Source: Alphaproteobacteria bacterium (GTDB lineage: Bacteria > Pseudomonadota > Alphaproteobacteria > CAAHEQ01 > UBA3637). From it: DNA of 34,468 nucleotides. The position numbers and the translations under genes were made by a program. Under the pieces are notes generated by a model. That model had not been told where the DNA came from, ran no database searches, and worked only from the letters and a program-made list of their open reading frames with translations. This document shows positions 24,475 through 33,155 of this stretch, in pieces. The stretch is taken from positions 1 to 34,468 of the forward strand of contig JAGCFA010000042.1 in the NCBI GenBank assembly GCA_017650375.1, read 5' to 3'. The first letter of the stretch is position 1, and every line of letters starts with the position of its first letter.

Positions 24475-24878
24475 TTATCCAAAAATTGTTGTAAAATGAC
24501 ACGGGCGCTTTCAGCATCTAAAATGTCTTTCCGTTTATCTGGGCGCATGAACAAGCTATCTCGCAGATATTCTTCAGATTTTTTACTGGACAGGCGTTCA
24601 TCCACATAAAAAACAGGAATTCCAAACTTTTCGATTAAACGTTCACAAAACAGCTTAACTTGCCGGCAAGTTTCGCCTTCTGTTCCATCAGGTTGTAAAG
24701 GCCATCCCACAACAAAAGCATCCACATTTTTGGCAGGTATAATATCCTCTAATTCCTTTAATTGATGGATTATTTTAAAGGGACGCGCTGCTTTTTCGGC
24801 TATATTCCCTAATGCCAAACCAATGCGTTTGGTGCCATAATCAATTCCTAAAAAAGTTTTTGCTTGTAATTTATTCAT
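24468..24878 (-). CDS. ruvX: YqgF/RuvX putative pre-16S rRNA nuclease (Holliday-junction resolvase-like)
   Basis: FLGIDYGTKRIGLALGN near the N-terminus and ...VDERLSS later. The likely start is Met at 24878 (MNKLQAKT...) rather than the track's 24923. Confidence 0.9.
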   Translation of the reverse strand: MNKLQAKTFLGIDYGTKRIGLALGNIAEKAARPFKIIHQLKELEDIIPAKNVDAFVVGWPLQPDGTEGETCRQVKLFCERLIEKFGIPVFYVDERLSSKKSEEYLRDSLFMRPDKRKDILDAESARVILQQFLDNY

Positions 24879-24917
24879 TTTTCGCCTACAATATATAGTA
24901 TCAAAATTGAGGTGAAA

Positions 24918-25367
24918 ATGCAAACAATTTTAATGGCCGCCGATCATGGGGGCGCAAATTTGAAGAATATTTTAAAGTCTTACTTACAAAAGAAAGGCTT
25001 GTCTGTAGTGGACTATGGTCCTGAAAATGCAGATACTTCGGTGGATTATCCCGATAAAGCTTTGGAATTGATTAAAGGGATGCAAAAAGATGAATCTGCT
25101 AAAGGGATTTTAGTTTGTACTTCTGGAATAGGGATGAGTATTGCTGCTAACAGATATCCTTTTTTGCGTGGGGCGTTGGTTTTTAACCCGGAAATGGCTG
25201 AAATGGCTAGGGGGCATAACAATGCCAATGTGTTGATTTTTGGGGCAAAATTCATTTCGGAAGAAACAGCCAAAAAATGTGTAGATGTATTTTTGAGTAC
25301 CGAGTTTTTGGGTGGTCGGCATGAACGCCGTGTGAATAAACTTTCTTGTATGGGAGGGGAAAAATGA
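24918..25367 (+). CDS. rpiB: Ribose-5-phosphate isomerase B
   Basis: [12 protein letters not shown]..., [32 protein letters not shown] lies 5 nt before ATG 24918 (the track starts at GTG 24912). Confidence 0.9.
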   Translation: MQTILMAADHGGANLKNILKSYLQKKGLSVVDYGPENADTSVDYPDKALELIKGMQKDESAKGILVCTSGIGMSIAANRYPFLRGALVFNPEMAEMARGHNNANVLIFGAKFISEETAKKCVDVFLSTEFLGGRHERRVNKLSCMGGEK

Positions 25368-25825
25368 AGTGTCCTTTTTGTGGCTGTGCTGATACACAGG
25401 TGAAAGATTCACGTCCCAGTGAAGACGATACCATGATTCGCAGACGTCGAGAATGCATTAAATGCCATGCGCGTTTTACAACGGCTGAGACAGTTCAGTT
25501 GCGGGATTTAATTGTGGTGAAACGCAACGGGACACGTGTTCCGTTTCAACGGGATAAGCTGGCGCATTCTATTTTATTGGCTTTGCGCAAACGAGATGTT
25601 CAATTTGATAAAGTAGATCAATTGGTGAATTCCATTGTGCGACGCTTGGAACAATTGGGAGAAAGCGAAATTAAGTCCAGTGAAATCGGAACATTTGTGA
25701 TGGAAGCTCTTTTGCAACTGGATAAAGTGGCTTATATCCGTTATGCCTCTGTTTATAAGAATTTTGAAGAACCAAAAGATTTTGAAGATTTTGTAAATAA
25801 ACTGACAGGAAAGAAAAGAAAATGA
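25364..25825 (+). CDS. nrdR: Transcriptional repressor NrdR
   Basis: MKCPFCG...[17 protein letters not shown] zinc ribbon plus an ATP-cone. Its start overlaps the rpiB stop (ATGA). Confidence 0.95.
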   Translation: MKCPFCGCADTQVKDSRPSEDDTMIRRRRECIKCHARFTTAETVQLRDLIVVKRNGTRVPFQRDKLAHSILLALRKRDVQFDKVDQLVNSIVRRLEQLGESEIKSSEIGTFVMEALLQLDKVAYIRYASVYKNFEEPKDFEDFVNKLTGKKRK

Positions 25826-26286
25826 CAAATCCAAAACAACCTTTTACAAATGCGCGTTTAATGGCAGTGCAAGCTTATTATGCTAAAGCTTTGAGTGGCG
25901 AAAGCTGGGATCAAGTGATCAGCCGTTTTTTGATGGAAGAAATCGGGGGCTCTGTTTTACAGGGCGAAAAAGAAGAAGTGGTCGTTTTGGAACCAGCTGA
26001 TAAAAGTCTGTTTGCACATCTCACTCAATATGTTCGTGATAACGAAAAAGATTTGGAAAAGATGATTGAATCGGCCTTTTCTGAAAAAATTAAAAAGGAT
26101 AAATTAGAACCGACTTTCAAGGGAGTTTTACTAATGGGGACAGCCGAATTTTTTGTGAATCCCGATTTAGATACGCCGATTATCATCAACGAATATGTGG
26201 ATATTGCACGTTCCTTTTACAATGGTGCCGAAGTTAAAATTGTCAACGCCGTGTTAGATAAATTGGCACAAGTTGTTAGAGCTTAA
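25822..26286 (+). CDS. nusB: Transcription antitermination factor NusB
   Basis: [10 protein letters not shown]... N-terminal NusB motif, ~150 aa, and the usual position after nrdR in alphaproteobacteria. ATGA overlap with nrdR. Confidence 0.85.
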   Translation: MTNPKQPFTNARLMAVQAYYAKALSGESWDQVISRFLMEEIGGSVLQGEKEEVVVLEPADKSLFAHLTQYVRDNEKDLEKMIESAFSEKIKKDKLEPTFKGVLLMGTAEFFVNPDLDTPIIINEYVDIARSFYNGAEVKIVNAVLDKLAQVVRA

Positions 26287-26293
26287 AACGTCA

Positions 26294-26322
26294 TTGACAT
26301 CTTATTTTAAATGTGATAGCAT
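26294..26322 (+). promoter_or_regulatory. Predicted sigma70 promoter with extended -10 for the 26354 gene
   Basis: TTGACA (26294-26299), a 17-nt spacer, TGaTAGCAT (-10 at 26317-26322). SD AGAGGGGGA sits before ATG 26354. Confidence 0.5.
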
Positions 26323-26353
26323 ACAAAAGTAATATTTATCCAGAGGGGGAAAA

Positions 26354-27469
26354 ATGGAATTAAATTTAAAGAAAAATCTGTTTCGTTATGGTAAAAATGA
26401 ATCCTTAACTTTTGGGGTTATTCTTGCTTTGATTTTTTTTGATATTTTGATATGGAATATTATATCAATGGGGATGATCAGCGTTGATTATCGTTTTGCA
26501 GATAACAATAATTGCTTGTCTCAAGTGGGAAGCGTTTTAAATCGTGATATTCCAACATTTTCGCACTATTCTATCAAAACAGGAAAGTATTGTACCTTGT
26601 TTCAACATGAATATAATAAGGCTGCACGGAATGAAATTGTTATAGAACTTTCAGGTCAAATTCAAAAGACACAGAAGGATATTAACCAACTTGATAGAGA
26701 AATCAGAACAAACAGACGTTCTTTAGAAGGAAATGCGACAGCCTATGGTTTGGCTATTCAAGAACAAAAAGGGCTTGATTTAGCTTATACGGAAAAACTG
26801 AAACAAATTCAAGAACAAGAAAAATTGCTGGAACAAATGAAACAAGATTTGGAACAGCAAAAACAAGTTTTTAAAGCGTTGCCAGCTGTTCAAAAATTAA
26901 CGCAATATGCACGTCAAAACAGCTCTTCCATATCTGATAGATATCATTTTATGAAAAGATTGGATTTATTTTTGAGTTATATTTTTGCGATGCTGTTTGT
27001 TCTTATCTTGATTCCTGTTTTCGCACTGTTGCGTCACAGATTGATTAAAAAAGAAAAATACATTCGATTATTGCTTGTTAATCATGTTATTTTAATGGCT
27101 GTATTGCAAGGTATTTATATCACTGTTTGCTTTATTTTACATATTCTTCCAGAGACCTTATTGCGTCATTTGATTCGGTTTTTTCAATCGTTTCATTTGA
27201 TGGCATTGTGGTATTATATCGCAATATTTTTATTGTTCTTGTTGTTTGCAGGGGGTGTTTATTTTTTGCAAATAAAAGGCAGACGTCGAAATTTGTACAA
27301 AAAGCTGATTAAAGGGAAGTGTTGGAGTTGTGGAGCTCGAGTGCTTGATAATGATTTTTGCTTTTCTTGTGGAGAAAAGCAGATGCGCATTTGTTCGCAC
27401 TGTCACAAAAAAACATATATTAAAATGCCGTATTGTCGATTTTGTGGTCGAGAGTTACCAGAAAAGTAA
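26354..27469 (+). CDS. Membrane protein with an extracytoplasmic coiled-coil region and a C-terminal double zinc ribbon, function unknown
   Basis: TM1 (FGVILALIFFDILIWNIISMGMI), a ~160-aa Q/E/K-rich coiled coil (QIQEQEKLLEQMKQDLEQQKQ), three more TM helices, then CWSCGARVLDNDFCFSCG...CSHCHKKTYIKMPYCRFCG (4 x CxxC). Confidence 0.8.
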   Translation: MELNLKKNLFRYGKNESLTFGVILALIFFDILIWNIISMGMISVDYRFADNNNCLSQVGSVLNRDIPTFSHYSIKTGKYCTLFQHEYNKAARNEIVIELSGQIQKTQKDINQLDREIRTNRRSLEGNATAYGLAIQEQKGLDLAYTEKLKQIQEQEKLLEQMKQDLEQQKQVFKALPAVQKLTQYARQNSSSISDRYHFMKRLDLFLSYIFAMLFVLILIPVFALLRHRLIKKEKYIRLLLVNHVILMAVLQGIYITVCFILHILPETLLRHLIRFFQSFHLMALWYYIAIFLLFLLFAGGVYFLQIKGRRRNLYKKLIKGKCWSCGARVLDNDFCFSCGEKQMRICSHCHKKTYIKMPYCRFCGRELPEK

Positions 27470-27480
27470 CTGACGATAAA

Positions 27481-27513
27481 AACCCTTCGAAAGAATATCG
27501 AAGGGTTTTTTTT
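27481..27513. terminator. Rho-independent terminator, potentially bidirectional (between the 26354 gene and tRNA-Trp)
   Basis: AACCCTTCGA / AAGAATA / TCGAAGGGTT gives a perfect 10-bp stem followed by a T-run on the + strand. An A-run precedes it, which gives a weaker U-tract on the - strand. Confidence 0.8.
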
Positions 27514-27514
27514 A

Positions 27515-27590
27515 TGGCAGGGGCAGTAGGACTTGAACCCACAGCCTTTGGTTTTGGAGACCAATGCTCTACCAATTGAGCTATACCCCT
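27515..27590 (-). tRNA. trnW: tRNA-Trp (anticodon CCA), with CCA end encoded
   Basis: The - strand reads AGGGGTATAGCTCAATTGGTAGAGCATTGGTCTCCAAAACCAAAGGCTGTGGGTTCAAGTCCTACTGCCCCTGCCA. The acceptor stem AGGGGTA/TGCCCCT pairs, D and T arms are canonical (GGTTCAAGTCC), and the anticodon loop CTCCAAA gives CCA. Confidence 0.95.
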
Positions 27591-27601
27591 AAGCACTTTT
27601 C

Positions 27602-27630
27602 ATTATGGCATTTTTTGTTCTAAAAGTCAA
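27602..27630 (-). promoter_or_regulatory. Predicted sigma70 promoter for tRNA-Trp
   Basis: The - strand reads TTGACT-17 nt-CATAAT, ending 11 nt upstream of the mature tRNA 5' end. Confidence 0.55.
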
Positions 27631-27659
27631 GGAGAATTTTTTGTTGTACAGTGCTAAAG

Positions 27660-27688
27660 TTGACAAAATTGACAAAATATGTTACAAT
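27660..27688 (+). promoter_or_regulatory. Consensus sigma70 promoter placed for a leaderless transcript of the 27695 gene. It contains a tandem 9-nt direct repeat
   Basis: TTGACA (27660-27665), a 17-nt spacer, TACAAT (27683-27688), then 6 nt (TATCCC) before ATG 27695. No SD is present. TTGACAAAA is duplicated in tandem (27660-27668 and 27669-27677). Confidence 0.55.
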
Positions 27689-27694
27689 TATCCC

Positions 27695-28579
27695 ATGTCT
27701 TTTTTTGAAAATAGTAAAGGAAATCCACAAATTTTTTGGCATGGAACTTGTGCTGATTTTGATGTATTTTACCCACTTTCATACTTTGCTGTAGATAGGC
27801 ACATTTCAGAAAGTGCAGAGTTTTATAAGGAACGACGTTATGTGCACAGAAAATTTATTTCAGACGAGGAAGCTGTGAATAATACGAATGATATGTTACA
27901 GGAACTGGAAGAAGCGTTTTCAGCTGTTTTATCAAATACACCTAATTCAAAAAGGCAAGAAAGACATCCGAATTTTAAAATTATTCCGGTTCACTTAAAA
28001 ATGAAAAATCCTTTACGTCTTTCCAGTTGGGAATTTCATTTAGATGAAGCTTTAATCGGATTGGTTTGGGGATTAACGCGTCGTCCAGAAGAAAATAGTT
28101 TACACACTATAAAAGATGCCAATATCTATGCTGATTTTATTTTTAAGGATAGCCAAACATGTCCACATGATGAAGTTCAAAAAGAATTAAAAATGGGGCA
28201 TTTATTTGCTATATCCCAAAATGAAGAAGAAAATCGGTATCACCTGACCGCTCAACGATTGATTTTATTCTTGGAAAAGTTGGGATATGATGCCGTAGAA
28301 TATGAGTATATGAAAGATTCTGTAGATGCTTATAGAGCTGGTGAAATTAAAGATTTTGATAATCGTGCCTATGTGGTTTTTCGGCCAGAGCAAATTGTGC
28401 GTTTAGATAAAAAAACTGACTTGCCAAATACACAATCTACATCTCAAGAAAAAATTGAATTTAATAAAATTTTCTATCGCTATCAACAAACACATCGTCC
28501 CTATAAAATAGATGAAAAAGAATGGATGCATCGTGTCTGCTGGGGAACGCTTATTAAAAATCAGTTGCGTTCTAGGTAA
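27695..28579 (+). CDS. Orphan 294-aa protein with PARP/ART-like H-Y-x motifs. Candidate ADP-ribosyltransferase-fold protein or effector
   Basis: The start at Met 27695 is inferred from the promoter geometry (the track ORF begins at 27605, inside the promoter). N-terminal IFWHGTCADFDVF...LSYFAVDRHISESAEFY. Later KIIPVHLKMKNPLRL, LGYDAVEYEY and NRAYVVFRPEQIV. Basic C-terminal tail ...TLIKNQLRSR. I recognise no other family. Confidence 0.75.
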   Translation: MSFFENSKGNPQIFWHGTCADFDVFYPLSYFAVDRHISESAEFYKERRYVHRKFISDEEAVNNTNDMLQELEEAFSAVLSNTPNSKRQERHPNFKIIPVHLKMKNPLRLSSWEFHLDEALIGLVWGLTRRPEENSLHTIKDANIYADFIFKDSQTCPHDEVQKELKMGHLFAISQNEEENRYHLTAQRLILFLEKLGYDAVEYEYMKDSVDAYRAGEIKDFDNRAYVVFRPEQIVRLDKKTDLPNTQSTSQEKIEFNKIFYRYQQTHRPYKIDEKEWMHRVCWGTLIKNQLRSR

Positions 28580-28593
28580 GATTTTGGTATAAT
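28565..28593 (+). promoter_or_regulatory. Predicted sigma70 promoter (extended -10) for proS
   Basis: TTGCGT (28565-28570), a 17-nt spacer ending in TGG, then TATAAT (28588-28593), about 35 nt upstream of ATG 28630. Confidence 0.5.
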
Positions 28594-28629
28594 ATCACCA
28601 TTGACGCAACTAACGGAAAGGATCACCCA

Positions 28630-30342
28630 ATGCGCGAATCAAAACTTATTTCCAAAAAACATAAAGAAAAACCCGCGGAAGCCACTTTGGCCAGCCACAT
28701 TTTTTTGCTGCGTGGCGGTTATATGCGCCCTCTGGCTAACGGGATTTATTCCTTGCTTCCCCCAGGTAAACGTATTCAACAAAAAATTGAAGCCATTATC
28801 CGAGAAGAAATGAACAAAGTGGATGGGCAGGAAGTGATGATGCCTGTTGTGATGCCCCGTGAATTATGGGAGGAATCAGGGCGTTGGGATTCTGTTGGAA
28901 CCGAATTGTTGCGTTTCAAAGACCGAACTGGTCATGATATGTTGTTGGGGATGACACATGAGGAAGCCTGTACCGCTTTGGCGCGTACCGAAGCCACCAG
29001 CTATCGTGATTATCCATTTATGCTTTATCAAATTCAAACCAAATATCGTGATGAAGCCCGTTCACGTGGAGGGTTGGTGCGTGTGCGTGAATTCACCATG
29101 AAGGATGCTTATTCTTTCCATACGGATGAAAAAGATTTGGATGAATACTATGACCGTGTAGCCAAGGCCTATCATACAATCTATCGTCGGATCGGGATTC
29201 CTGAAGTGGTGGCTATTCAATCTGATACTGGCATGATGGGCGGAAAGGTTGCTCATGAATATCAACTAGTGACAGATTCCGGTGAAGACAGAATCGTGAT
29301 GTGCGATAAGTGTAAATCCTATTGGAATGCGGAGGTGGCAACCACCGAGTATTCTTATGAAAAAGAAAAACTCTTGCCTTTGGAAGAAGTGGCCACACCC
29401 GATACCAAAACGATTGAAGATTTGGAAAAGACACTTAAAATCCCCGCCACGAAAATGGCAAAAATCGTTTTCTATACCACTGAAAAAGGGCAAACAGTGG
29501 CTGCTATGATTCGTGGGGATTTGGAAGTTAATGAAACCAAATTTGCCAAAGTGGTGAAGTGCTTGTTTAATTTTGCCACAGATGCTGAAATCCTTAAAGT
29601 GGGTGGTGTCCCAGGTTTTGCGACTGGCATGAATTTAACCTGTCCTGTTTATGTGGATAAATCTATTGCGGGCGCCTATAATTTGGTATGTGGTGCCAAC
29701 AAAGAAGGTTATCACTTTAAGAATTTTAATGTTTCACGTGATTTAGCAAAAGCTGAAATTGTGGACATAGCCACCGTTATTGAAGGCGATATTTGCCCCA
29801 AATGTGGTGCAAAATTGCACTTGACTCGCGGTATTGAAGTCGGGAATATCTTTAAACTCGGCACAAAATATACCGAATCCATGCACATGACTTATACCGC
29901 TGAAGATGGTTCTGAAAAAACACCAATTATGGGGTGCTATGGGATTGGCGTTGGGCGTTCGTTGGCCTCTGTTATTGAAGCACATCATGACGATTATGGT
30001 CCCATTTGGCCTCTTTCTATCGCTCCATGGCAAGTTCAAATCAATGCGATGGGCTTGGATAAAGATGGAATTCAAGAAACTGCCGAAAAACTTTATGCTG
30101 ATTTAGAAAAAGCCGGCGTGGAAGTTCTTTATGATGACCGCAACTTGTCCGCCGGTGTTCAATTTGCCGAAGCCGATTTAACAGGGATCCCACTTCGTTT
30201 GATTGTTGCACCAAAGGCGCTGGCCCAAGGTATGATTGAATACAAAATCCGTGGGACAGATGAAAGAGGAATGATTCCTGTGGCTGAAGCGACAGAATTC
30301 GCACAAAATTGGATTCAAAAAGAAATGAAAAAATATCAGTAA
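28630..30342 (+). CDS. proS: Prolyl-tRNA synthetase, long bacterial type with a full INS editing domain
   Basis: MRESKLISKKHKEKPAEATLASHIFLLRGGYMR..., class II motifs (FRDE..., REFTMKDAYSF, GCYGIGVGR), INS domain (IRGDLEVNETK...), and an anticodon-binding C-terminus. 570 aa. Confidence 0.97.
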   Translation: MRESKLISKKHKEKPAEATLASHIFLLRGGYMRPLANGIYSLLPPGKRIQQKIEAIIREEMNKVDGQEVMMPVVMPRELWEESGRWDSVGTELLRFKDRTGHDMLLGMTHEEACTALARTEATSYRDYPFMLYQIQTKYRDEARSRGGLVRVREFTMKDAYSFHTDEKDLDEYYDRVAKAYHTIYRRIGIPEVVAIQSDTGMMGGKVAHEYQLVTDSGEDRIVMCDKCKSYWNAEVATTEYSYEKEKLLPLEEVATPDTKTIEDLEKTLKIPATKMAKIVFYTTEKGQTVAAMIRGDLEVNETKFAKVVKCLFNFATDAEILKVGGVPGFATGMNLTCPVYVDKSIAGAYNLVCGANKEGYHFKNFNVSRDLAKAEIVDIATVIEGDICPKCGAKLHLTRGIEVGNIFKLGTKYTESMHMTYTAEDGSEKTPIMGCYGIGVGRSLASVIEAHHDDYGPIWPLSIAPWQVQINAMGLDKDGIQETAEKLYADLEKAGVEVLYDDRNLSAGVQFAEADLTGIPLRLIVAPKALAQGMIEYKIRGTDERGMIPVAEATEFAQNWIQKEMKKYQ

Positions 30343-30346
30343 AATT

Positions 30347-31240
30347 TTATCTAGAAACATACTGTTTCATCTGTTGCCATTTTGATGCCATTTGAAGTGT
30401 TTTCTTTAGTACAAATCTCAGAGCATATAGTCCCATATAAATTTTTTTGATATCGTTTATATCTTCTTTGGGAATTTTTTGTCCTGTTTGTTGTTGAAAA
30501 GTATTGTAAAACAAACGAATGTCTTTTTTGTTCCAATAAAGACGTGGATGAAATTCAATGGCGGGAATTCCCTGTTGTAAAGAATCAAAATCTAAGATTC
30601 CGACCAAACGATCTCTGTCATCTAAGCAAATATTATTTGCTCGTAAATCAGAATGGCAGATGACGGGATGATTTTTTGCTTTTAATTTTGTTAACATATG
30701 CGCGAATAAATTTTGTGTTCTTTTTTGCCAATTATCTGGAGCATACGAAATTTGCATTTTCAAAAATTGCTTAAAAAAGTCTTCAGATTTGATTAAAGAA
30801 CATGGTAATCTTTCAGTGGGAATAGCCTGTAATTCTTGTGTTGCAACAGAAAGTTGTTCAAAGAAAGATTTTTTAAATTTGGGATCTTGTTTGGTGAATT
30901 CATTTGAATCAATAATATGTCCAGGGATCTTTTCGTAAAAAGAAGATAAAATTCCTTCTTCGGATGTTGAATTTAAAAAGACCGTTTTTAGCTGGGGTTG
31001 CGGAATTTGATAAGATAAATGTTGTTGCATAACAGGGGCACAGAGGCTGGCTTTTTCCCAATTATCCACGGGGGTTCTGGGCCCCGGAATTTTAAAAATA
31101 ATATGACCATTGATTTCATAACTGGATGAAATCCATCCTCCATTTAAAGGCGCCAACGAATACACGGGTTCTGACACCGCTTGTTCTGCCAAGTAGCGAA
31201 TCAGATGAAAATCTTTTTTTTGGTCTTCTGTTAAAAACAT
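30347..31240 (-). CDS. APH/choline-kinase-family phosphotransferase (kinase-like fold), substrate unknown
   Basis: Catalytic loop VICHSDLRANNICLD (HxDxxxxN) and metal-binding ILDFDS. The start is uncertain: Met 31240 (17 nt after the upstream stop) or Met 31291 (34-nt overlap). Confidence 0.8.
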   Translation of the reverse strand: MFLTEDQKKDFHLIRYLAEQAVSEPVYSLAPLNGGWISSSYEINGHIIFKIPGPRTPVDNWEKASLCAPVMQQHLSYQIPQPQLKTVFLNSTSEEGILSSFYEKIPGHIIDSNEFTKQDPKFKKSFFEQLSVATQELQAIPTERLPCSLIKSEDFFKQFLKMQISYAPDNWQKRTQNLFAHMLTKLKAKNHPVICHSDLRANNICLDDRDRLVGILDFDSLQQGIPAIEFHPRLYWNKKDIRLFYNTFQQQTGQKIPKEDINDIKKIYMGLYALRFVLKKTLQMASKWQQMKQYVSR

Positions 31241-31257
31241 TTTGTCAACCCATAAAG

Positions 31258-31536
31258 TTAAAAATCTAAGAAAGAATAAATCTTTCCCCATATGCCTGTT
31301 CTCATCGCTTTTTCTAAAGCACTTTCACATTCTTTATGCGATAGTTCAGGCTCTGTAAAAGATCTGATGGGAATGGGTTTTCCATCTTTTCCCCCATACA
31401 TACGCTTTTCCCAAAGAGTCATCTCCGCCCAAGGTTTATGGTGCAATAAATGTTCAGGACGTTTTTCTGGGCGAAATTTGTGATATAAGACACGTCCCCG
31501 ATTGATAAGAATATTTTTCAAAGTTTCTTTTGTCAT
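31258..31536 (-). CDS. Hypothetical 92-aa protein, first gene of a two-gene unit with the kinase-like gene
   Basis: Strong SD AGGAGA about 6 nt upstream of ATG 31536, and a consensus promoter just upstream. The sequence (…RVLYHKFRPEKRPEHLLHHKPWAEMTLWEKRMYGG…) matches no family I recognise. Confidence 0.6.
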   Translation of the reverse strand: MTKETLKNILINRGRVLYHKFRPEKRPEHLLHHKPWAEMTLWEKRMYGGKDGKPIPIRSFTEPELSHKECESALEKAMRTGIWGKIYSFLDF

Positions 31537-31557
31537 ATTTTCTCCTGGCTATTTTTT

Positions 31558-31585
31558 ATTATACCGCAAAAGTAGAATTTGTCAA
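31558..31585 (-). promoter_or_regulatory. Near-perfect sigma70 promoter for the 92-aa ORF plus kinase-like gene
   Basis: The - strand reads TTGACA (31585-31580), a 16-nt spacer, TATAAT (31563-31558). Confidence 0.55.
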
Positions 31586-31638
31586 GTTATTTTAATTTGT
31601 TCAAAATACGTTGGTGCAGAGAAAATTTTAACACTTTT

Positions 31639-32583
31639 TCATTTGAGTTTTTCCAGTTCAATTTTAAGATTTTCTAAATCTTTGGGTAAGGGCACTTCAA
31701 AAATCATTTGTTTTTGGGTAATGGGGTGAATAAAGCCTAATAAACCAGCATGCAGAGCTTGGCGGGAAAAAGAGCGGATATTTTCAGGCGCTCCTTTCGG
31801 GGCATTTCCATAAAGATCGTCCCCAATCAAGGGATGTTTTATACTTGTCATATGCACACGAATTTGGTGTGTCCGTCCCGTTTCCAAATGACACTTAATA
31901 TGGCTGGCAGTAATGCCATAGGCACCCACCCGTTCAAAATGGGTAATGGCGGGTTTCCCACCCACTTTCACAATCGCCATTTTTTGACGATTGGTGGAAC
32001 TACGGCCGATATTCTCTTCAATTCGTCCTGATTCAGGGGTGAGCCCCCATACAAATGCGTCATAAGTGCGCTGGATAGAATGGACTTCAAATTGTTTGGC
32101 AAGTCCTACATGGGCTTTATCATTTTTGGCCACAACTAACAATCCCGAGGTATCTTTATCGATTCGGTGAACGATGCCCGGACGTTTGACACCATTAATG
32201 CCGGATAATGAATCACCACAATGATAGAGCAGGGCATTCACCAAAGTTCCCGTCCAATTGCCGGCCCCAGGGTGAACGACTAATCCAGCGGGCTTATTGA
32301 CAACCAATAAATCTGCATCTTCATAGACAATATCTAGGGGAATGTTTTCGGGTTCAGGATCTGGTTCAACAGGTTCGGGTGGAATGATGGTATAGGTTGC
32401 TCCTGCTACTACCTTATCATCAGGGGAAAGAGTGATCTTTTGTCCGACAATCTGTACTGCACCCGCTTCAATCAAATGAATAAACTGATTGCGTGAATAT
32501 TCGGGGAAACTTTCCGCCAAGAATTTATCCAGGCGAATTTTTGAAATATCTTCAGGTGCTGTGACAGTTAAATTTTCAATCAT
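31639..32583 (-). CDS. rluD: RluA-family 23S rRNA pseudouridine synthase (RluD-like) with an N-terminal S4 domain
   Basis: S4-like RLDKFLAE..., catalytic motif HRIDKDTSGLLVVAKN, GRTHQIRVH. Confidence 0.9.
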   Translation of the reverse strand: MIENLTVTAPEDISKIRLDKFLAESFPEYSRNQFIHLIEAGAVQIVGQKITLSPDDKVVAGATYTIIPPEPVEPDPEPENIPLDIVYEDADLLVVNKPAGLVVHPGAGNWTGTLVNALLYHCGDSLSGINGVKRPGIVHRIDKDTSGLLVVAKNDKAHVGLAKQFEVHSIQRTYDAFVWGLTPESGRIEENIGRSSTNRQKMAIVKVGGKPAITHFERVGAYGITASHIKCHLETGRTHQIRVHMTSIKHPLIGDDLYGNAPKGAPENIRSFSRQALHAGLLGFIHPITQKQMIFEVPLPKDLENLKIELEKLK

Positions 32584-33082
32584 CTTTCCCTTTAAAACCT
32601 AAAAAGATATCATGAGTCATCACGTGATTAATTTCTGTATCGCAATCAAATTCAGGCTGACGAATACCGCCCATTTTTTGATAAAAATTAAGAGCTTTTG
32701 TGTTGCCGTCTAGCATATAGACACAAAAAGATCTTCCCTTAATTTTTTCTTTAAAAGCATTGATAAGGGCTGTTCCAATTCCGACTCGCCAACAATCGGG
32801 ATGGACATAAAAAACATAAATTTCATAAGGGTAAGGGACGTCTTTGTTTTTTGTTTTTCCGCCCACTAAAAAGCCAACAACACCATTTTCATTTTCGGCA
32901 ACCAAATAAATTTCAACTGTTGCGATGGTTTCTTCTGTGCGTTTAATTCGTTTTTCTGTTACTTCTATTGCATCCAAAATACTATCAGGTATTAAACCCC
33001 GATAGGCTGTTTTCCAGCCCAGCACATTGATGGTTGCAACTGCAAAAGCATCTTTTTTTTCGGCAGGACGAATTTTAAGCAT
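32576..33082 (-). CDS. GNAT-family N-acetyltransferase
   Basis: 168 aa. Motif A region HPDCWRVGIGTALINAFKEK and C-terminal NTKALNFYQKMGG. SD AGGGAGA upstream. Confidence 0.85.
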   Translation of the reverse strand: MLKIRPAEKKDAFAVATINVLGWKTAYRGLIPDSILDAIEVTEKRIKRTEETIATVEIYLVAENENGVVGFLVGGKTKNKDVPYPYEIYVFYVHPDCWRVGIGTALINAFKEKIKGRSFCVYMLDGNTKALNFYQKMGGIRQPEFDCDTEINHVMTHDIFLGFKGKDD

Positions 33083-33155
33083 TATTTTCTCCCTTTAAAT
33101 CCCCCAAATCCCCGTGCCGATAAAATCGGCTGGGGAATGGGAAAAGACGTAAAGC

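Noticed and set aside
28601-28813. 70-aa + strand ORF overlapping the 5' end of proS.
   Set aside because: It is in an alternative frame of proS, and the proS frame matches the conserved ProRS N-terminus from Met 28630.
28630-30342. Long INS-containing ProRS as a sign of horizontal transfer, since many alphaproteobacteria have a short ProRS lacking the full editing domain.
   Set aside because: The taxonomic placement of this genome is only inferred, and I cannot run a phylogeny here. The gene looks intact and ordinary, so I did not raise it as a finding.
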